From NCBI GenBank assembly GCA_013265495.1, contig MU058540.1:3001696-3065695 (forward strand): a stretch of 64,000 nucleotides of DNA. The letters are read 5' to 3'. The DNA is from Vicugna vicugna (lineage: Eukaryota). The notes beneath the pieces were generated by a model. It was not told the origin of the DNA and made no database searches. It was given only the letters and a program-made list of their open reading frames with translations. Positions within the stretch are counted from its first letter, which is position 1. Each line of letters opens with the position of its first letter. This document shows positions 1 through 14,100 of the stretch, one piece after another. A program made the position numbers and the translations under genes.

Positions 1-815
1 GACATACAGACAGCTGATATGCACATGAAAAGATGCTCAGCATCGTTAGCCATCAAGGAAATGCAAATCAGAACCACAGTGAGAAACCACCTGATACCTA
101 CCTACCTAAGTATGGCTGTAATAAAAAAGGCAGTAAGAAGTGTTGGTGAGGATGTGGAGAAATTGGAACCCTCATCCATTACTGACTGGAATGTGAAATA
201 GTGCAGCTGCTTTGGAAAACAGTTTGGCATTTCCTCAAAAAGCTAAACATAGAGTTACCAAATGACCTAGTAATTCTACTCCTAGGAATGCACACAAGAG
301 AACTGAAAACATAAGCCCACACAAAAACTTGTATGCAAGTGTTCATAGAACATTATTCATAACAGCCCTAAAGTAGAAACAACCCAAGTGTCCAGCATCT
401 TATGAACGAATAAACAAAATGTAGTGTATCCTTATTATGGAATAGCACTCAGCAATAGAAAAGAATGAAGAACTGACAGGTGCTACAACATGGATGAACC
501 TTGGAAACTAAATTAAAGAAGCCAGACGCAAAAGACCATATATTACATTATTCCACTTATATGAAATACCAGAAGGGGAAATCCATAGAGAGTGAAATCC
601 ATAGAAAGTGGCTTAGGGCTGGTGGGAAAGGGGTTAGAATGGGAAGTGACTGCTAATAGGTACAGGGTTTCTTTTTAGGGTGATGAAAATGTTTTAAAAT
701 CAGATAATGGTGTTGGTTACACAACTCTGAATATACTGAAAGCTGCTGCATTGTACACCTTAAATGAATGAATTTTATGATACATGAATTAAATCTCAAT
801 AAAGCTGTTTTTAAG
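1..815 (+). mobile_element. Old L1 (L1M-type) fragment: end of ORF2 and 3' UTR
   Basis: Translates as MKRCSASLAIKEMQIRTTVRNHL...VGEDVEKLEPS, typical of the L1 ORF2 C-terminus. A typical L1M 3' UTR follows, ending CTCAATAAAGCTGTTTTT. Confidence 0.9.
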
Positions 816-1159
816 AAAATGTATTAAATACACAGAGCGAAACAATGCTCTTTCCCTCCGGTCCTGCCCTCCTCACGCCCAGCACAAAGAGAGGCACAAG
901 CCCTCCAGTGGCCCAGGAGTGGTCAGAGGTGAGGGTCTACAGGTCCCCCATGTGCCCAGTGTCCACCATATAAGGCTCTTAATATATTAACTCTTTCTGT
1001 ACTCCTGAAGGGAGTATCCTCTATTGATTTTAAGCAATGACCATACTTCATAATTCATTTGTATTACCAGGATGCCTTCTGGCACTTAAATATTTCCCAT
1101 TGTTAATTTGGCAGGGAGTGGATTGCTACCTGTTGCTTTTCTCACATATTTTCTCTTCT

Positions 1160-1570
1160 AGATGAACTTTAGAATGCAGTTGTCACAGCCCCACCCTATC
1201 CCCACTGTCACCAGTAAGAAACTCTGATGGGATTCTATCCAAGTCATATTAAATTTATATATATGGGTGTTATATATGTGTGTGTGTGTGTTTCTGCATA
1301 GACTTGACATCGTTAACATATTTAGCCTTCTCATCCAGGATCATGGTATGATATGTTTATTTATTCAGGTCTTGCGTTCTTCAGTAAAATTTTATAGTTT
1401 TATCTTCCATGCTAAATTTATTGTCAGCTATTATGAATTAAGTCATTTTTCCATTTCAGTTTTTAAATGATTATGGCCAGTAGTATAAGAACACTTGATA
1501 TTTACATGTCTAGAGATCTCTATCTTGTGTTCTGCCACATTATTAAATTCTCTTTTCTTGTTTTCTTTTC
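1160..1570 (-). mobile_element. Degenerate antisense L1 ORF2 fragment with a (TG)n microsatellite
   Basis: Motifs such as gaactttagaat...ttaaatttata...ttgacatc...agccttctcatccagga are characteristic of antisense L1ME ORF2. Boundaries approximate. Confidence 0.6.
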
Positions 1571-2294
1571 CTTTCTTGATTTTTCTTCCCTGGGCTTTCT
1601 TCACTTCACTTGCTTTTCAAAACATCTCTACCTGGAAATCCCAAAGCTATCTAAAGCTCAGAATAAAACTGAAATAAGTTACAGTTAAAATGATCTCTTG
1701 GTCCTCTTAGGTCCAGAACTGCCTGCTCCTAGCCCATGAAGCACCTTTGTGTAAATTAGAAGACTTGCTCCTGACACTTTACTCTTATCTCCTGGGGAAA
1801 TCATCATAATTAATTGGTTCTTTTGGAACATGACACATTTTCTGTGGAGAAAATGTGGTAATAAATACATGCAGACCTCCAGTGTCTCCTGTGCTGGTGC
1901 TGCCTTAGGTGAGGAGCTCTGGTTCCATCTCAGCCTGCACAGAGGTTCTCTGCAGTGCTGCTTAGAGCTATAGATTGTGTCATCACTGCTTCTGGAATCA
2001 CCCTTTCTTCCCAAGCCCACTGCCTCAGTTTAGACTCTAATTATATTTCACCTCTCATCATAGTACAACTCCTCCCTCCCCAAAAAAGGGACAAAAACAA
2101 AATACAACCAGGTCTTCCTCTTCCAAGCCTCTCTCTTCCAGGGCACCTGAATCACAACCCAAAATAACCTTCCTAGAAGGAAACTACAGAAGCCCTCATC
2201 ACAGTCTTCCTTGGCAGCCTCTGTCCTTTTATCCCTCACCCCACCGCATCCTCCATGCTCTTCCCACCACACTCTGGCGCCTTGGTAATTCCTG

Positions 2295-2420
2295 TGGCCT
2301 CTCTCAGTTTTCTCATCTGTAAAATTAGAATAGCAATGCCTCATCAATAATTACATGGTAAAAAATAAATGATATATAACCTGCGAAAATGACTAGCATC
2401 AGGCTTGGCACTTAGCATGT
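2295..2420 (+). mobile_element. MIR SINE fragment
   Basis: Contains the MIR core ctcagttttctcatctgtaaaat. Confidence 0.7.
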
Positions 2421-3935
2421 TAGTTTTCTTTCCCCTCCCTCACAAGTACCTTGGAAACTGAAATGCTATGTAATTGTAACATGTCGTTATGATTACTTAT
2501 GCCTCATGGTATGTCTGTTACCCAGAATTCTTGTATTTTGGCAAGAATTTATCATAGTTGACCTCTAATAAGGAACATTTGAAAATATTCCAGAAGGAAA
2601 AGAAAAAAGCATAACTTTGCAGCCTCAGTGTGCCACTGAAACAGATGCCACTAAAGGGCTGCCCCTGGAGGTTCGTTGTGAGCACTATGTGTACTACACT
2701 GTGTGTAGTCCTCTAGTTGATACTCTGCCTGTGGGCCAAGGCGAGTGAGAAGGGTGGGTGGCAGCTGCCTCAAGGAAATAGGTTCTGTCTGCAAGAGATG
2801 GAGGGTGCCTGGAGGGTGCTCAGGAGATGTGCTGGGAGCAAACACAGCCCTTCCCCGATGAGGACTTCTTACACTCCACTACTGCTGCCTACTACTGACT
2901 ACAGAAAATGTTTTGTGGTTAAGAGTTAATTTCCACATGTGTTTATTGGTTTACAGAACTGACTTCATTTTGGCCACGTTTAGTTGTCTGTTGTCTTTTG
3001 TTCTAGGCTCTCTCCTGATTTGGTTTCCATTGGGTTTTAATCAGAAACCATCTGGTGATACTTTGGATTCAAATTAGAGTTTATCACAAACACATATCTC
3101 AGAAAACACAGATGAAACCCAGAGTGGAACAGAAAGAAAACAAGAAATAATTCAATAATATTATGAACAGAATAGTCTCGGAGGGAAGGAACACAGAGAA
3201 ACTGAGAAGGACTATGTAGAAACAGAGCCAACCGCTCAGAGAAGAACCAGCCAGGGAAAGGTGTGGCGGAGCCAGCGAGCACAGTCCTTGTGGGTAGAAG
3301 CCATGGTTTGTAGCCCCGTCCCTCTGTGAGCTGGGACAGTGCTATCCAGCAGGTGCCATTCACTTTACTCCAAAAATGGGCCCCTGAGAAGTCCTGTCTC
3401 CTCTCCACCCCTTCTCTCTGTACCCTTTTCTCACTCTTCCTTCCCAGAGCCATCCTGGACTCCATTTGTACTTGTGAACCCAAGGTCTAGGGTGCAGATG
3501 GGCTCATCACTGACAGTGGACCACCTTTCTTCCTGCCCCTTCCCCATCTGCTGTAGCCGGTTCAGACTGTGGGTCACAGGATAGAAAACAGTAGAACAAC
3601 TGCGTCTCCAACCCCATGTCGTTGAACGTATCTTCTCCAGCTCTTCAACTTAATTGCTGATTTGACTTAGGAGATACATGTACATGTTAAAAAATATATT
3701 TTCCATAAATTCTAGGAGAGTGTACAGAGAAAAGTACCTCTCTTTCTGCCTCTGCCCCGTGAGCCCTCTGTTCCCTTCTCTGAGGCTAACTTATTTCATA
3801 TATATCTTTTCAGAAGTCACCAGTGCTTATCATTGTTAGCTTTTAAAAATTATTCTTATATCTTTCTGCTTCCATTGCTGGGGCTACTGAATTTACCCAC
3901 TGTATCTGCTTTCTCCATTTCCCTTCCTCTCTCAG

Positions 3936-4090
3936 ATTTTGACCCCTGGTGGACAAATGACTGTGAGCAGAATGAGTCGGACCCCATCCCTGCCAACTGT
4001 ACTGGCTGTGCCCAGAAGTTACCCCTCAAGGTAATGCTCCTGGAAGATAGCCCCAGAAAATTTGAGAGACTCCATCCTCTGGTGATCAAG
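3936..4090 (+). CDS. C6orf89: C6orf89 (bombesin receptor-activated protein) internal coding exon, fifth from last
   Basis: ctcag| ... AAG|gtgagc; 155 nt. Encodes (D)FDPWWTNDCEQNESDPIPANCTGCAQKLPLKVMLLEDSPRKFERLHPLVIK, matching recalled human C6orf89. Upstream exons lie outside the window. Confidence 0.95.
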
Positions 4091-4219
4091 GTGAGCAAGA
4101 AGGCTGATTCCCCCACTGATTGACTGCCCATTTAATGGCTAGAAAACATCGAGTTCTGTGATGTTCCTGATAAGTAGTTCCGTGTTGTTTTGTTTCACTT
4201 TGTTTTCCACCTTGCCAAG

Positions 4220-4359
4220 ACGGGACAGCCCTTGTCGTCTGAGGAGCTTCAGCGTTTTTCATGCCAGTACCCTGAGGTGACAGAAGGCTTCACCGAAGGA
4301 TTTTTCATCAAGTGGTGGCGCTGCTTTCCAGAAAGATGGTTCCCATTTCCTTATCCCTG
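4220..4359 (+). CDS. C6orf89: C6orf89 coding exon
   Basis: ccaag|ACG ... TG|gtgagt; 140 nt. Encodes TGQPLSSEELQRFSCQYPEVTEGFTEGFFIKWWRCFPERWFPFPYP(W). Phase is consistent with neighbouring exons. Confidence 0.95.
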
Positions 4360-4699
4360 GTGAGTGTGGAAAGGGGCGCTCAGCCTGCCTGTGTGTAGAA
4401 AGGGTACAGACCAAATGTCAAAACAGTACTCACCAATGAGACTCCGCTCTGCCTGGCACTGTGTGAGCACTTTACAGTACACCCTTCAAGTCAGATGATA
4501 CTGAGGAGCGCACTGTTGAAAAACCAATAATGAGAGATAAAGGGGATGAGCCGAAGAGGTGTGTCCAGAGGGGCACCGAGATTGCCTAATATGATCATAA
4601 TTTACTTCTGAGTACGTGTTTAGCATTTGCGTTTATGCTGAATGAGTCCTGCGCATTGAGGACGGCAGAGAGAGCATGAAGAATAGAAGGGAAACATTT

Positions 4700-4875
4700 C
4701 TTGGCACTTGTTTGTGCCAGGCAGGTGTTTTGTGTCTGTTATTCACTGGTGATACTCATAATAGTTCTGGGAAGTAGGAATTATCATTGTCATTTTTCAT
4801 ATCAGAAAAGTTGGAATCAGAGAGGTTAATTACCTTGCTTAAGGTCACTCAGCCAGGATTGAAACCCAGGTCTTT
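4700..4875 (-). mobile_element. MIR SINE
   Basis: cagagaggttaattaccttgcttaaggtcac...ggattgaaacccaggtct is an antisense MIR signature. Confidence 0.7.
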
Positions 4876-5503
4876 CTCCCTGTTCCTTCCTGTGTCCCAT
4901 AGAAAACATGGTCCATTTCTTGGGGTGAAAGTTGCTCTCTAGAAAGAAAAGAAAGGTCAGTTTCCTTCTAGAACCATTCCAAAGAGAATTAAAATTGCTT
5001 TTTCAGGCCTTGTGTTAGATAATTTCTCAGTGCTTCTGCCTTTCTTTAAATTTGCCAATTATCTGCATGATCAAATACTGGGTTTAACAAGCTAATCGGG
5101 TTTCCCACTGCGTGCTGCTCCACCTCAGAAGGTTCATGATTTTCACCCTTTCTTCCCTTCTCCTCTTTCGCCTCGCCTGCTGTTACTTCAGCCTCTTTTC
5201 CAAGATGGAATGAATGGAGTATTTCTTTTCTTCCTCTATATGTTATTTTAGCTGGATTTTATAAACACTCCCACCCACATGGACAAATCGTGGCTGTAGA
5301 GTTTGTGTGTGTGTGCATGTTACAGTTAATTGATTTGGCATGACTCTTCTTCGTGGACCTAGTACTTCAGATACTGTCCTGAGATTTTTCCCTCTTCTTC
5401 CACCGCCCACATTTTTCCCACCCTTGCCGAGCTCTTTGCTAGTCATGGAGTTAGGCTGGCTTGCCCAGTTTAATTACCTTTTTCTCTTTCGCACATTTTA
5501 CAG

Positions 5504-5633
5504 GAGAAGACCTCTGAACAGATCACACATTTTACGTGAGCTTTTTCCTGTTTTCACCTACCTGCCATTTCCAAAAGAAGCCTCCTTGCAAAAGTGCTTC
5601 CTTCTTCAACCAGAGCCTATTGTGGGGAGTAAG
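5504..5633 (+). CDS. C6orf89: C6orf89 coding exon
   Basis: tacag|G ... AAG|gtagga; 130 nt. Encodes RRPLNRSHILRELFPVFTYLPFPKEASLQKCFLLQPEPIVGSK. Confidence 0.95.
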
Positions 5634-8162
5634 GTAGGAAATTTTGACTTCCCTACCTCAAAGAAGTAAGCAGGCAGACTACATATGAATGGTCCAACTT
5701 ATTCATTTTATAGCTAAGGAAACTGAGTCCCAGAGAGATTAAATGATTTGCCCAAGGACTCAGCAAGTTAATAGGAGGGCTCTCCCCACTGTCCACTGCC
5801 AGGTTGGCTTTTCCTAGAGATAAACGAATGAGAAACCTCAGACAGAGAACTGGAAAAGCAAAAAGCTTGGGAGCACGAAGAGGTTTGGGGACAGAAGAGC
5901 TGGCAGGCACGTGCCCAAGGCAGACAGTCCAGTTTGGGTGGCAGTGCTACTCACCTAGTTTGTGGCCAGGTACCCAGAGACCACATTTATGTCTCTGGGG
6001 CCAGCGGACTGGGCAAAGCTGCTTTGTTTTTGTGTCTGTTTACTTTTCTCTCAATTGCTCTTTTTTGAGTCTCATTCCTGAGGGAGGTTTTTGAGCCTGG
6101 ATGGTTTGGAATAATTAAAAGGATGAATTTTGCTTTGTAAAAAATTTAAACTTGCTGAACTGTGACCCCTACCAACTCTGGGTTATGTCTTCAACCTGCT
6201 GACTATTGTTTGGCTCCAAATTTGCTGAATTGTGTTAAAAGAATTTCAAAGCCTTTAAAAACAATCATTTTGTCTAGAAGTAAGAACTTCTGTCTGCCAG
6301 CTGTAGGGTGGAGGTGCTGGGCTCCTGCCTCGGATTTTAAAGGCGTTTATCCTGCTGTCTTCAGCTAGAACTCGAGGCCCTAATGTGATTTCATCTTCGT
6401 AATTATCATATAATTCTGGGCAAGGGCCTTTATCTTGGGTTTTCCCACTTGAATCTTAAATTAATTTCACCAGTCTGCTTAACAGGGACACCAAGGAGCC
6501 CAGCCAAAGGGGTAAATACAAAGTTCCTCAGACGTCTATCAGAGTCATCTTGTTGTGGTTCTCAAGGATGTTTTGGGAAGGGGAGTGGCCCAAATAGGCA
6601 AAAATCCTGGGAGTCTGGTTTCTTAGAGCATCTGTTCCCCACCCTGGCCCAAGCTCTCCTTTCTCCACAGCCTTGTTACTCCACCCTTTATCCACATCCC
6701 TGGGCCCTGGACCCTGGCAGAGTCATATGTCTGTGGGCCCAGGACCCAAGAGGCAGCCTTGGAATAGAAGATAAGCAGTGGGGATTGTTGAGGGACCCTG
6801 GGGGAAGAGGTGAAGGGCTCTGAGGCCCGCTTTACCCACTCCACAGTGTTGCCCAGGGCTGTCCCATTCCATCCTGTTGTCTTGTTTCTTCTCATCCTGG
6901 GTGTGGAGGAACATGGTCCCACCCTCTCTCAGGCCTATATGAAACAGATACATCTGCTTGTTTTTGATTTTGGGGTTTTTTTCAAGACTGCAGTTGTCAG
7001 GACTTCTGCCAGTATTAGTTCTGTCAGTCACAGCCAGCTCAAGACATTAGTCCTCCTGTCACTACAACAGCAATTGAAATGACTCTAGTGTTTTCGTGGA
7101 CACAGAGTCATGGCTGGGGCCTGTGGGAGCAGCAGAGAGACCAAGGTTGGGTGCAGGAGAAGGCTCTGGAGGCCCCAAGTGGTGAAGAGAAAACTAGGAT
7201 GGGGTCTAGGGGGTCCTGACTCCTGATTTATAAAGGCATCTAAAGGATTTCCCTGAAGGGCAGGGGCTGGGAGGAGGGGGGAAGAGGGGAGGGAAGGGGA
7301 GGCCCTAGGGGTTATCTCTCACCATCTAGGACAGGAAGAGAAGCCTGAGCAAGACCAACCTTTCCCTTTATCTCTACTCCCTGCCCCACCCCAACCCCAG
7401 AGTTCACAGCTCTGCCTGGCACACAGCAGGCTGCACTTAATGCCTGGTGGTGGCAGTAGCCATGCCCTCAGAAGTGCCATCATTACCTGTGCAGGTGTAT
7501 ATCCTGGTTGTCTCCTTGGTTTTCAAAATCAGAGGCTGATCTCACTGCCATTAGTTTTTAATCAGTGTCATGATGTACCTGCTCACCTGAGTCTTGCCCA
7601 AAAGTGTAAAATTAAACTTGCTGCAGTTCAATTTTCATCAGAAGCCTGGCAGTAAGAAATAGTTTTCCATGAACATTGCCCAAAGGATATGCAGACCATC
7701 TATCTGGATCAAAACAGACATTCAGAAGATTGCATACTTAGACTATCATGTGTTGGCCTCTACTAGACTTTTGTTAAAATACAATTAGATATTTTGCCTT
7801 TGGCCTGCTTTGAAACTATGGCTAGAAATCATTGTGAATTATGAAGCTCGTGCCATTTCTGCCACAGGGCTGGTACTGAGGATGTTGCCTATGAAACTAC
7901 ACAATGTCTCTTTAGGAGAAATTGCAGGAGAAATTTTACCCTTGTCTCAGTACCAGGAGACACCATGCTTAGGAGAAACTAGTTTGTTTTTGTCTTTTGG
8001 ACATAATCGTGCTTGTGTTATTGGTTCTGCTTCCTCTTGCTTAGGCTGCTAGGAAACTCAGAGCCTTACGTATAAGGATTTTTGTGTATTAATCTCCCAC
8101 ATCCCTGGGTTTTATCTTGTTTTCTTTTCCTTCCTTTTCTTCCCCCCTGTTTTTACCTCCAG

Positions 8163-8286
8163 TTGCATAGGATGCATGACCTGTTTACCATGGGCAGCGG
8201 CGAGGCCATGTTGCAGCTCATCCCTCCCTTCCAGTGCCGAAGACACTGCCAGTCCGTGGCAATGCCACTAGAGCCAGGGGATATCG
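8163..8286 (+). CDS. C6orf89: C6orf89 penultimate coding exon
   Basis: Long pyrimidine tract, then ccag|TTG ... G|gtaggt; 124 nt. Encodes LHRMHDLFTMGSGEAMLQLIPPFQCRRHCQSVAMPLEPGDI(G). Confidence 0.95.
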
Positions 8287-10399
8287 GTAGGTGGGGCCTC
8301 CGGAGGGCAGGATCTTTTTAATTTATCACTCAAAAAAATTCTAAAAATTGAATATTGCCTTCACAGAGATTCATTGAGTAGAGTCAAAAAAAAAACATTC
8401 TTTTATTAACAGGATCAACACTTAATGCTTAAATGGGACAAGTAATAAGAAAATGTAGCAAAGAGAAATGTATGCACATTTACAATGCATGTGTCCGTTG
8501 GTCTTAGAGATTTCACGTTAGCAGGAATTATGGAAAATATTTAGAGTAATTTTTTATTTTCCAGATAAGGAGATTGAGACCCAGAGAGGAGAGGTGACCA
8601 CCCCAAGGTCCCACCATCCGTTAGGCAAAACATCAGTCATAAGTGTCTCCTTTAACAGAGCTGAACCAGAGGAGGCAAAATTCAGATTCCAGGAATCCCT
8701 TTCTGTTCCCATTTGGTAATAAAACGATGCAAGCAGTATGTAAAGGCAACAGCCACACAAAGAAATACTACCTTTCACGTGGATCCCACAGCCAAGTCAC
8801 AGCTTCACAGTCATGACTCACCCTTGGCTCCACGGTTTCCCAACTGTGACTTGTTCTGTGCCTCATATTCTAAAAATCCGTTCCAAAGAAATAGGTTTGA
8901 ATCAATTGCTGTCAGTAGAAATCAATTTGACAGTAAAATTTTCTTGGCAGAAGTAAATAAATCAGCAAGCATCACCATTGCCCTCGTTCTTCTTGCCTCA
9001 CAAAACCTGGGGGAGCCTTGAAGTCCCTGGCAGAACCCAGACTGGTTTTCCAGTTGATTTCTTTTAATTTTATCCATTCAAGAAGCCCCCAGTCCCTGGA
9101 AACCTCTCACCTCATTTGGAGGTAGGGTGCAGACTGCAAACTGCCAAAATTTCGTCCAAGTTACATAACTTCTATTTCCATTTAGAAATGAAGAAAATAA
9201 AAATAATGCACAAATTAAGCATTAACCAGTAATGGAACACAGCTGGCCTGGCCCTTGAGAATTACTGCACAAAAGAGGATTCTTGTGTGGAAGTTATTCT
9301 GAACCTGTCTTCCTGTAGTGGAGTGACGCTTCCAGGAGACATGACTATTGCACAAGTCTGTATGGCACTGTGCGTTTGGAGTGTGTAGTTGTGCTTGAAA
9401 ACGTATCTGTCATATGTTGTACAAATGCCTGACAGTTCAGACAACTACAGAAACACTTTAGTTTTCCAAATTCCAGGTTTTCAGCTTCCACAAGCATCCA
9501 GGATGCTAATTATAGAATTAGGGGAAAAGGAAAAAAAATGGATGCCTGGCAATGATCAAAGAAGCTTTGCGCATCAAAGGCTGGTGTGGCTGGTCCAGAA
9601 TAGCCTAAAATCCAGAGCAGGATACACGTGGTGCTGTGACTGCCCACTTTGCTGACCAGAAGGAAAGGAGCCCAGTGGTTGGCAGTGTCCTTAAAGGCCA
9701 GCACTTGACAGGAGTGTCAAGAAGGTGTGGAGACTGAATAGAACGTGAGGAAAAGGGCAAGTTGGGAGAAAATAGGACTAGGAGGTGCCAGGGAGAACAG
9801 TGGGCACTTGAAGCAGGGGTAGAAGTAGAAGCAATGGCCACAGTTAAAAACGAGGGCAGGAAAGCAGAGCCTGAGATTGGAGGGAGGATAATAATTTAGT
9901 GGTTGTGGGACAGATGGCAGCTCCTGCACCTGAGAGACCCTTAAGAATAACACTGTGACCAGTAGGTTCTGTGTTTTTTGACAAAATAATTATTGTCCTG
10001 TGAAGGTTGAGGGGAAGGGGACAGAGTTAGACATCACCAGAAAACCTGTGAAGGGAGGTGTTTTCAAGAATGGCATGGGTGTCAGACACCAGAGGCTGAC
10101 GCTGGTGAGCCACACATCTGCCATGATTGTAGAGTCATCGGTCATAGTGACCTTCCTGGAGTCACCAAGCAGAAGTTAAATTCTGTTCAGTGCTCTCTCA
10201 GTTTAAAGATGGGTAGTGTATATCATTCTCTAGAAAATTCTCCATCAGGACATTACTGAAGTATTAAAGTTTTTAACTTTACCTTCCTAGCCTATTCCTG
10301 TCACTCAGGTAATACAGGTCACAGTGTTTCCCAGTTCATTCTTCAGATCACATATGACACTGGGGAGCAAACAGGAGCCCCTTAGAAAGACCCTTAGCA

Positions 10400-10595
10400 A
10401 ATAGGGCTCTTGAGTTACTGACTTTGGAAAATGCCTGTCTTGTCAAAACACAGTGCACATTAGTGTACAAAAGGCTCTGAAAGGCCTTGGAGGGACCCAG
10501 TGTTTCTCAAATTTGCCTGACCAGGGAATCCATTTTTATTGGACTGTCTTATGGGGCACTGCTGTTTGCAGAATACAATTTAGGAAATAGTGGTT
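10400..10595. mobile_element. Degenerate hAT-type DNA transposon relic (MER103-like)
   Basis: cagtgtttctcaaa... and ...aatacaatttaggaaatagtg resemble hAT-Charlie-type termini. Family assignment is from memory. Confidence 0.45.
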
Positions 10596-11039
10596 TGGCT
10601 TAGCCTGAATGTTCTCTAATGAGACCATATTATAGATAACCTCAGGAGAGTTGTATAGGGTGTCCTAGTGCCTCCCCAGAACCCGTCCTATCTTCTTGCT
10701 GAAAAAAGTGAGATCAATCTGAGAAGTGATGCTCAATACCAGCCTCATCTAGAGTATCCTGTCTTTGTAAACCTGCTGAATCATGATTCACAGTTACCCA
10801 GGTGAGGAGTGGTGATGAAGCACTTTGGTTCATAGTGGCCCCAATTGGATGTCAGGTTACAGAGAAGACTGATAATAACTGAAGATACTTAGGCCAGGAA
10901 GAGCTAAAAGACCCCCCGAGCAAGAATTGCCTCTGAGTCTGTGGGTAAATCCGAGGGCAGCTCTGGCAGACCTGCCTTGCTTGTGCCCTCAGGTGTGCCC
11001 AGTCCCTGAAATTCACATGCTTTCTTGTTTCCCTTCAAG

Positions 11040-11134
11040 GATATGCTGGTGCCACCCACTGGAAGGTCTACATTATAGCCAGAGGGGTCCAGCCTTTGGT
11101 CATTTGCGATGGAACCACCCTTTCAGAACTATAG
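11040..11134 (+). CDS. C6orf89: C6orf89 last coding exon (to stop codon)
   Basis: tcaag|GA TAT ... CTA TAG. Encodes (G)YAGATHWKVYIIARGVQPLVICDGTTLSEL*, matching the C6orf89 C-terminus. Confidence 0.95.
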
Positions 11135-14100
11135 GAAACAGAACTTTATAGAGGAAGAGCTTTGAGAGCTGAAGACCAGATTGAAATGGGAGAAATAAAA
11201 ACAAAAAAACCGTGAAACCACTTTCCAGGGGTTGGTTACTTAGTTACCTGCCCTGTGCATGTGTGTATGAGCCAGCTGTGTGCTGGAGGCAAAGGCCAGA
11301 GCACAGCCCTTCCAACTCTTCCAGCCCAGCTGCTTGGCCAGGACTGCCAATTCCTGTCTGTGAGAGACTGACCTCTTCCAGGCCTTTTGGCACCAAAGCC
11401 TTAAGGCTGCCCTTCAGGAAGGGAGCAGTGTCGGTACATTCCCTCACTTGCATGGCATGATCCCCTCTGCTGGCTCCCTGGTGATGAGAGGACAGTCAAC
11501 AAAGCCATCCTCAACCAAGTGGACCTGCCTGTCCTGTCTTTCTGGTCAAACCACCCTGTACTTTTTTTGGAAAGCCATGGATGATTAAAGAAGTCAGAGA
11601 TTTCCCACACAGAATGGAATCTAGAACCAGTGAAAAAAGATCAAATAACTTCAAATTGCACTCAAGAAGTGTACTTCTTTCCCAGTGTCCGTGGCTCTTG
11701 GAGTCTCAGAGATGCCAGGTCGGAGTAGGATTGTAATTGAAATGGTAATTCCTAAGGTAATATTTTTCTCCATTCTATTAAGTTCTTATGCACACACCCC
11801 TCCTTTGCCTTCTCCCTCGCCTATCTGGATGGGTTCTCAGAAGTTGGGCTCCTGGCCCCCCTCCCTTGGCTGGGCCAGAGCCCTTTACAGCTGAGGCAGC
11901 ACTGCTCTTGTCAACTGTGTTGCTTTTACCAAATGTCTTCAGAGGGGGATGAGTTAGAGTGCTGGCCTGGGGACAGGGTGCCTCCCCGAGTTTGATCTTT
12001 AGGGTCCGACTTTCTGCAGGGAAGATGTTTTACAGATGTGTCAAGTCGATGTTGTAATGTGGTTGGGGAAGGAGCTCCAGACCCAAAGTCTTGGCCAGCT
12101 GGGTGTGCGACTGTGTGATCCTCTGTCTCAAAATGATCTCTCTCTCTGTACTGGGAAACAAGGTGAGGTGTTTTTGTTTCTTGTGAAAATATGAAACTGT
12201 GTTCTTTTGATTGGATGGTTCACTATGCTCATCGTTTTCCCCAAGTGCTTTTTGCATGTCTGAAGTGTGTAAATAAGGACACTTCTCTTGTTTCCTTTTT
12301 TCCTTTATTATTCCTTTATTGACTCTGTTAGATATCTGGCTTCTGGTCATGCCATCACCAAGTTGAAGAAGAAACAAAGCACACTACAGCTCCTGGTTCA
12401 GCACTGCAAAAATCAAATAGATACAGGACGCGTCTGTGTCAAGTTACAGGCCAGAGGCAGACAGTGGTGAGGGAAGAGGTGGTGACTCTTTGCAGAGTCC
12501 TCTTCATCCTTGGAGGTGGCCCTGCAGCTTGTCCCCTAGGCCCTGTTCCTCTGCACATCTCATGAGCAACCGCGGGGATTATCAGATGCTTGAATGGGCA
12601 AGGAGGGTTCACAGAGCTCAGGGTGGAAGTGCTCAGAGCCTCCTCCGCTGGCTTGAATGAAACTAGGATGGACTGTATCTGAGGGAATTTTTCCTTAAAA
12701 GAATCAGCACCTTATGTGAATTAATACAGGAAAAACAAAATTTTTTGTACACATAAAAGTCATGCTGCTAAGCAGTTATGATTTAAGAGGTTTTAAATCA
12801 GAGGGATCATTTAGAGGCCAGCTTTGTGCAAGCTTTTAGAGCCTTTGCGGTGTCCTTACGCCTGCTGCACAAGGGGCAGGATTATAGGTAAACAAGTTCT
12901 TTAGAGGCCTCTCAGAGTTTTCTTAAATTAGGCCCTTTGGGTTAACGGAAGAGAGGGTTCCTTAGGAGCAAAGCAACTGTTTTGACAGTTGAATTTCTGT
13001 TTTGTTTTTATGAATTACTCTGTGTTCCTTACCCATTTCACTCTGGCTGATCACACCTTAAATTTTCATAAAATATCCTCTTCTGCTCAAAACTGAAAAA
13101 CCCTTGTATGTGTGGTGTTCTGAGGCATCCTCTGGGAGGTCCCCTGACTGTCTACAGTTCAATAAAGAATGGTGTGGCAGCAGAGAAGTAGAGACTTTTG
13201 TTCGTATATTACTCGTTTTACTTAAAAGCTGTCCAGTTCAGAATTGAATGTAGATTTATATTAGGGGAGAAATTCTCCACAGAGAGTTTTCTGCTCTTAA
13301 TTACTGGATACAGAGAAGTAATTCACCTTCGTCTCAAGGCAGTTCTGAAAAGCAGAATCTACACTGACCAGTCCTACAGAAATAGCTTGGGGTTGCCAGC
13401 CAGTTCCTTTCTGGTTATCCAAGGCTTTGTGTGAGGGTGTCTTGGGGTTTCCCCTGCTCTCCTAGCTCTCACCTCCTTCATGGAAGCAGCAAAAGTCCCT
13501 TTGCATGACCCCAGTATGGAAAAGAGGATCATCAAGATGAGGAAGCAGGATCAGGGGGCTGGTGGGACCATCTGAGCAACTCCCCACCTCTACCACCACA
13601 GTGAGAACAAAACCACAGGGCTTACTTTAAACAGAGGGACTTGCTTACAAGTTTGTTGCATGTTTACTAAGAGATAACAAGGCGGTGACCTCTGCACATG
13701 GGTTAGGTTCCCTTTCTTTTAGATTCCCAGAGCAGAGACTCATGTCCCCGAAGACTTATGTCCCTAGCCCTCTAGGGAGAAGGGCTGCTTTGGTACCAAT
13801 TTGAAGCATTATGTCCAGATGTCCTGAGGTCCCCAGGAGTGAGGGATTGGACAGACACAACACCTATCCTGGCTTATGAAAAGAAGTAGGGAAGGGAGAG
13901 AGTGAAGTAATAATGGTTTATGGAAACAGAATCTGCCTATTTGGTGAAATACGAAACAGTCTATGAAGTAGACAAATTCGGGCTCATTTTCTGAGAGAAA
14001 TAGCAGCATTTGTCCAATTCATTCCAACTTAGAGTGTCTTGAATATACATGATCTCCTTTAATCTTTTCTCAGTCCTGTAAAACAGTTATATCTTCATTT

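Noticed and set aside
5501..5506. NAGNAG acceptor (CAG GAG) in C6orf89 whose distal use would create TGA
   Set aside because: A distal GAG after a proximal CAG is rarely used. No further support.
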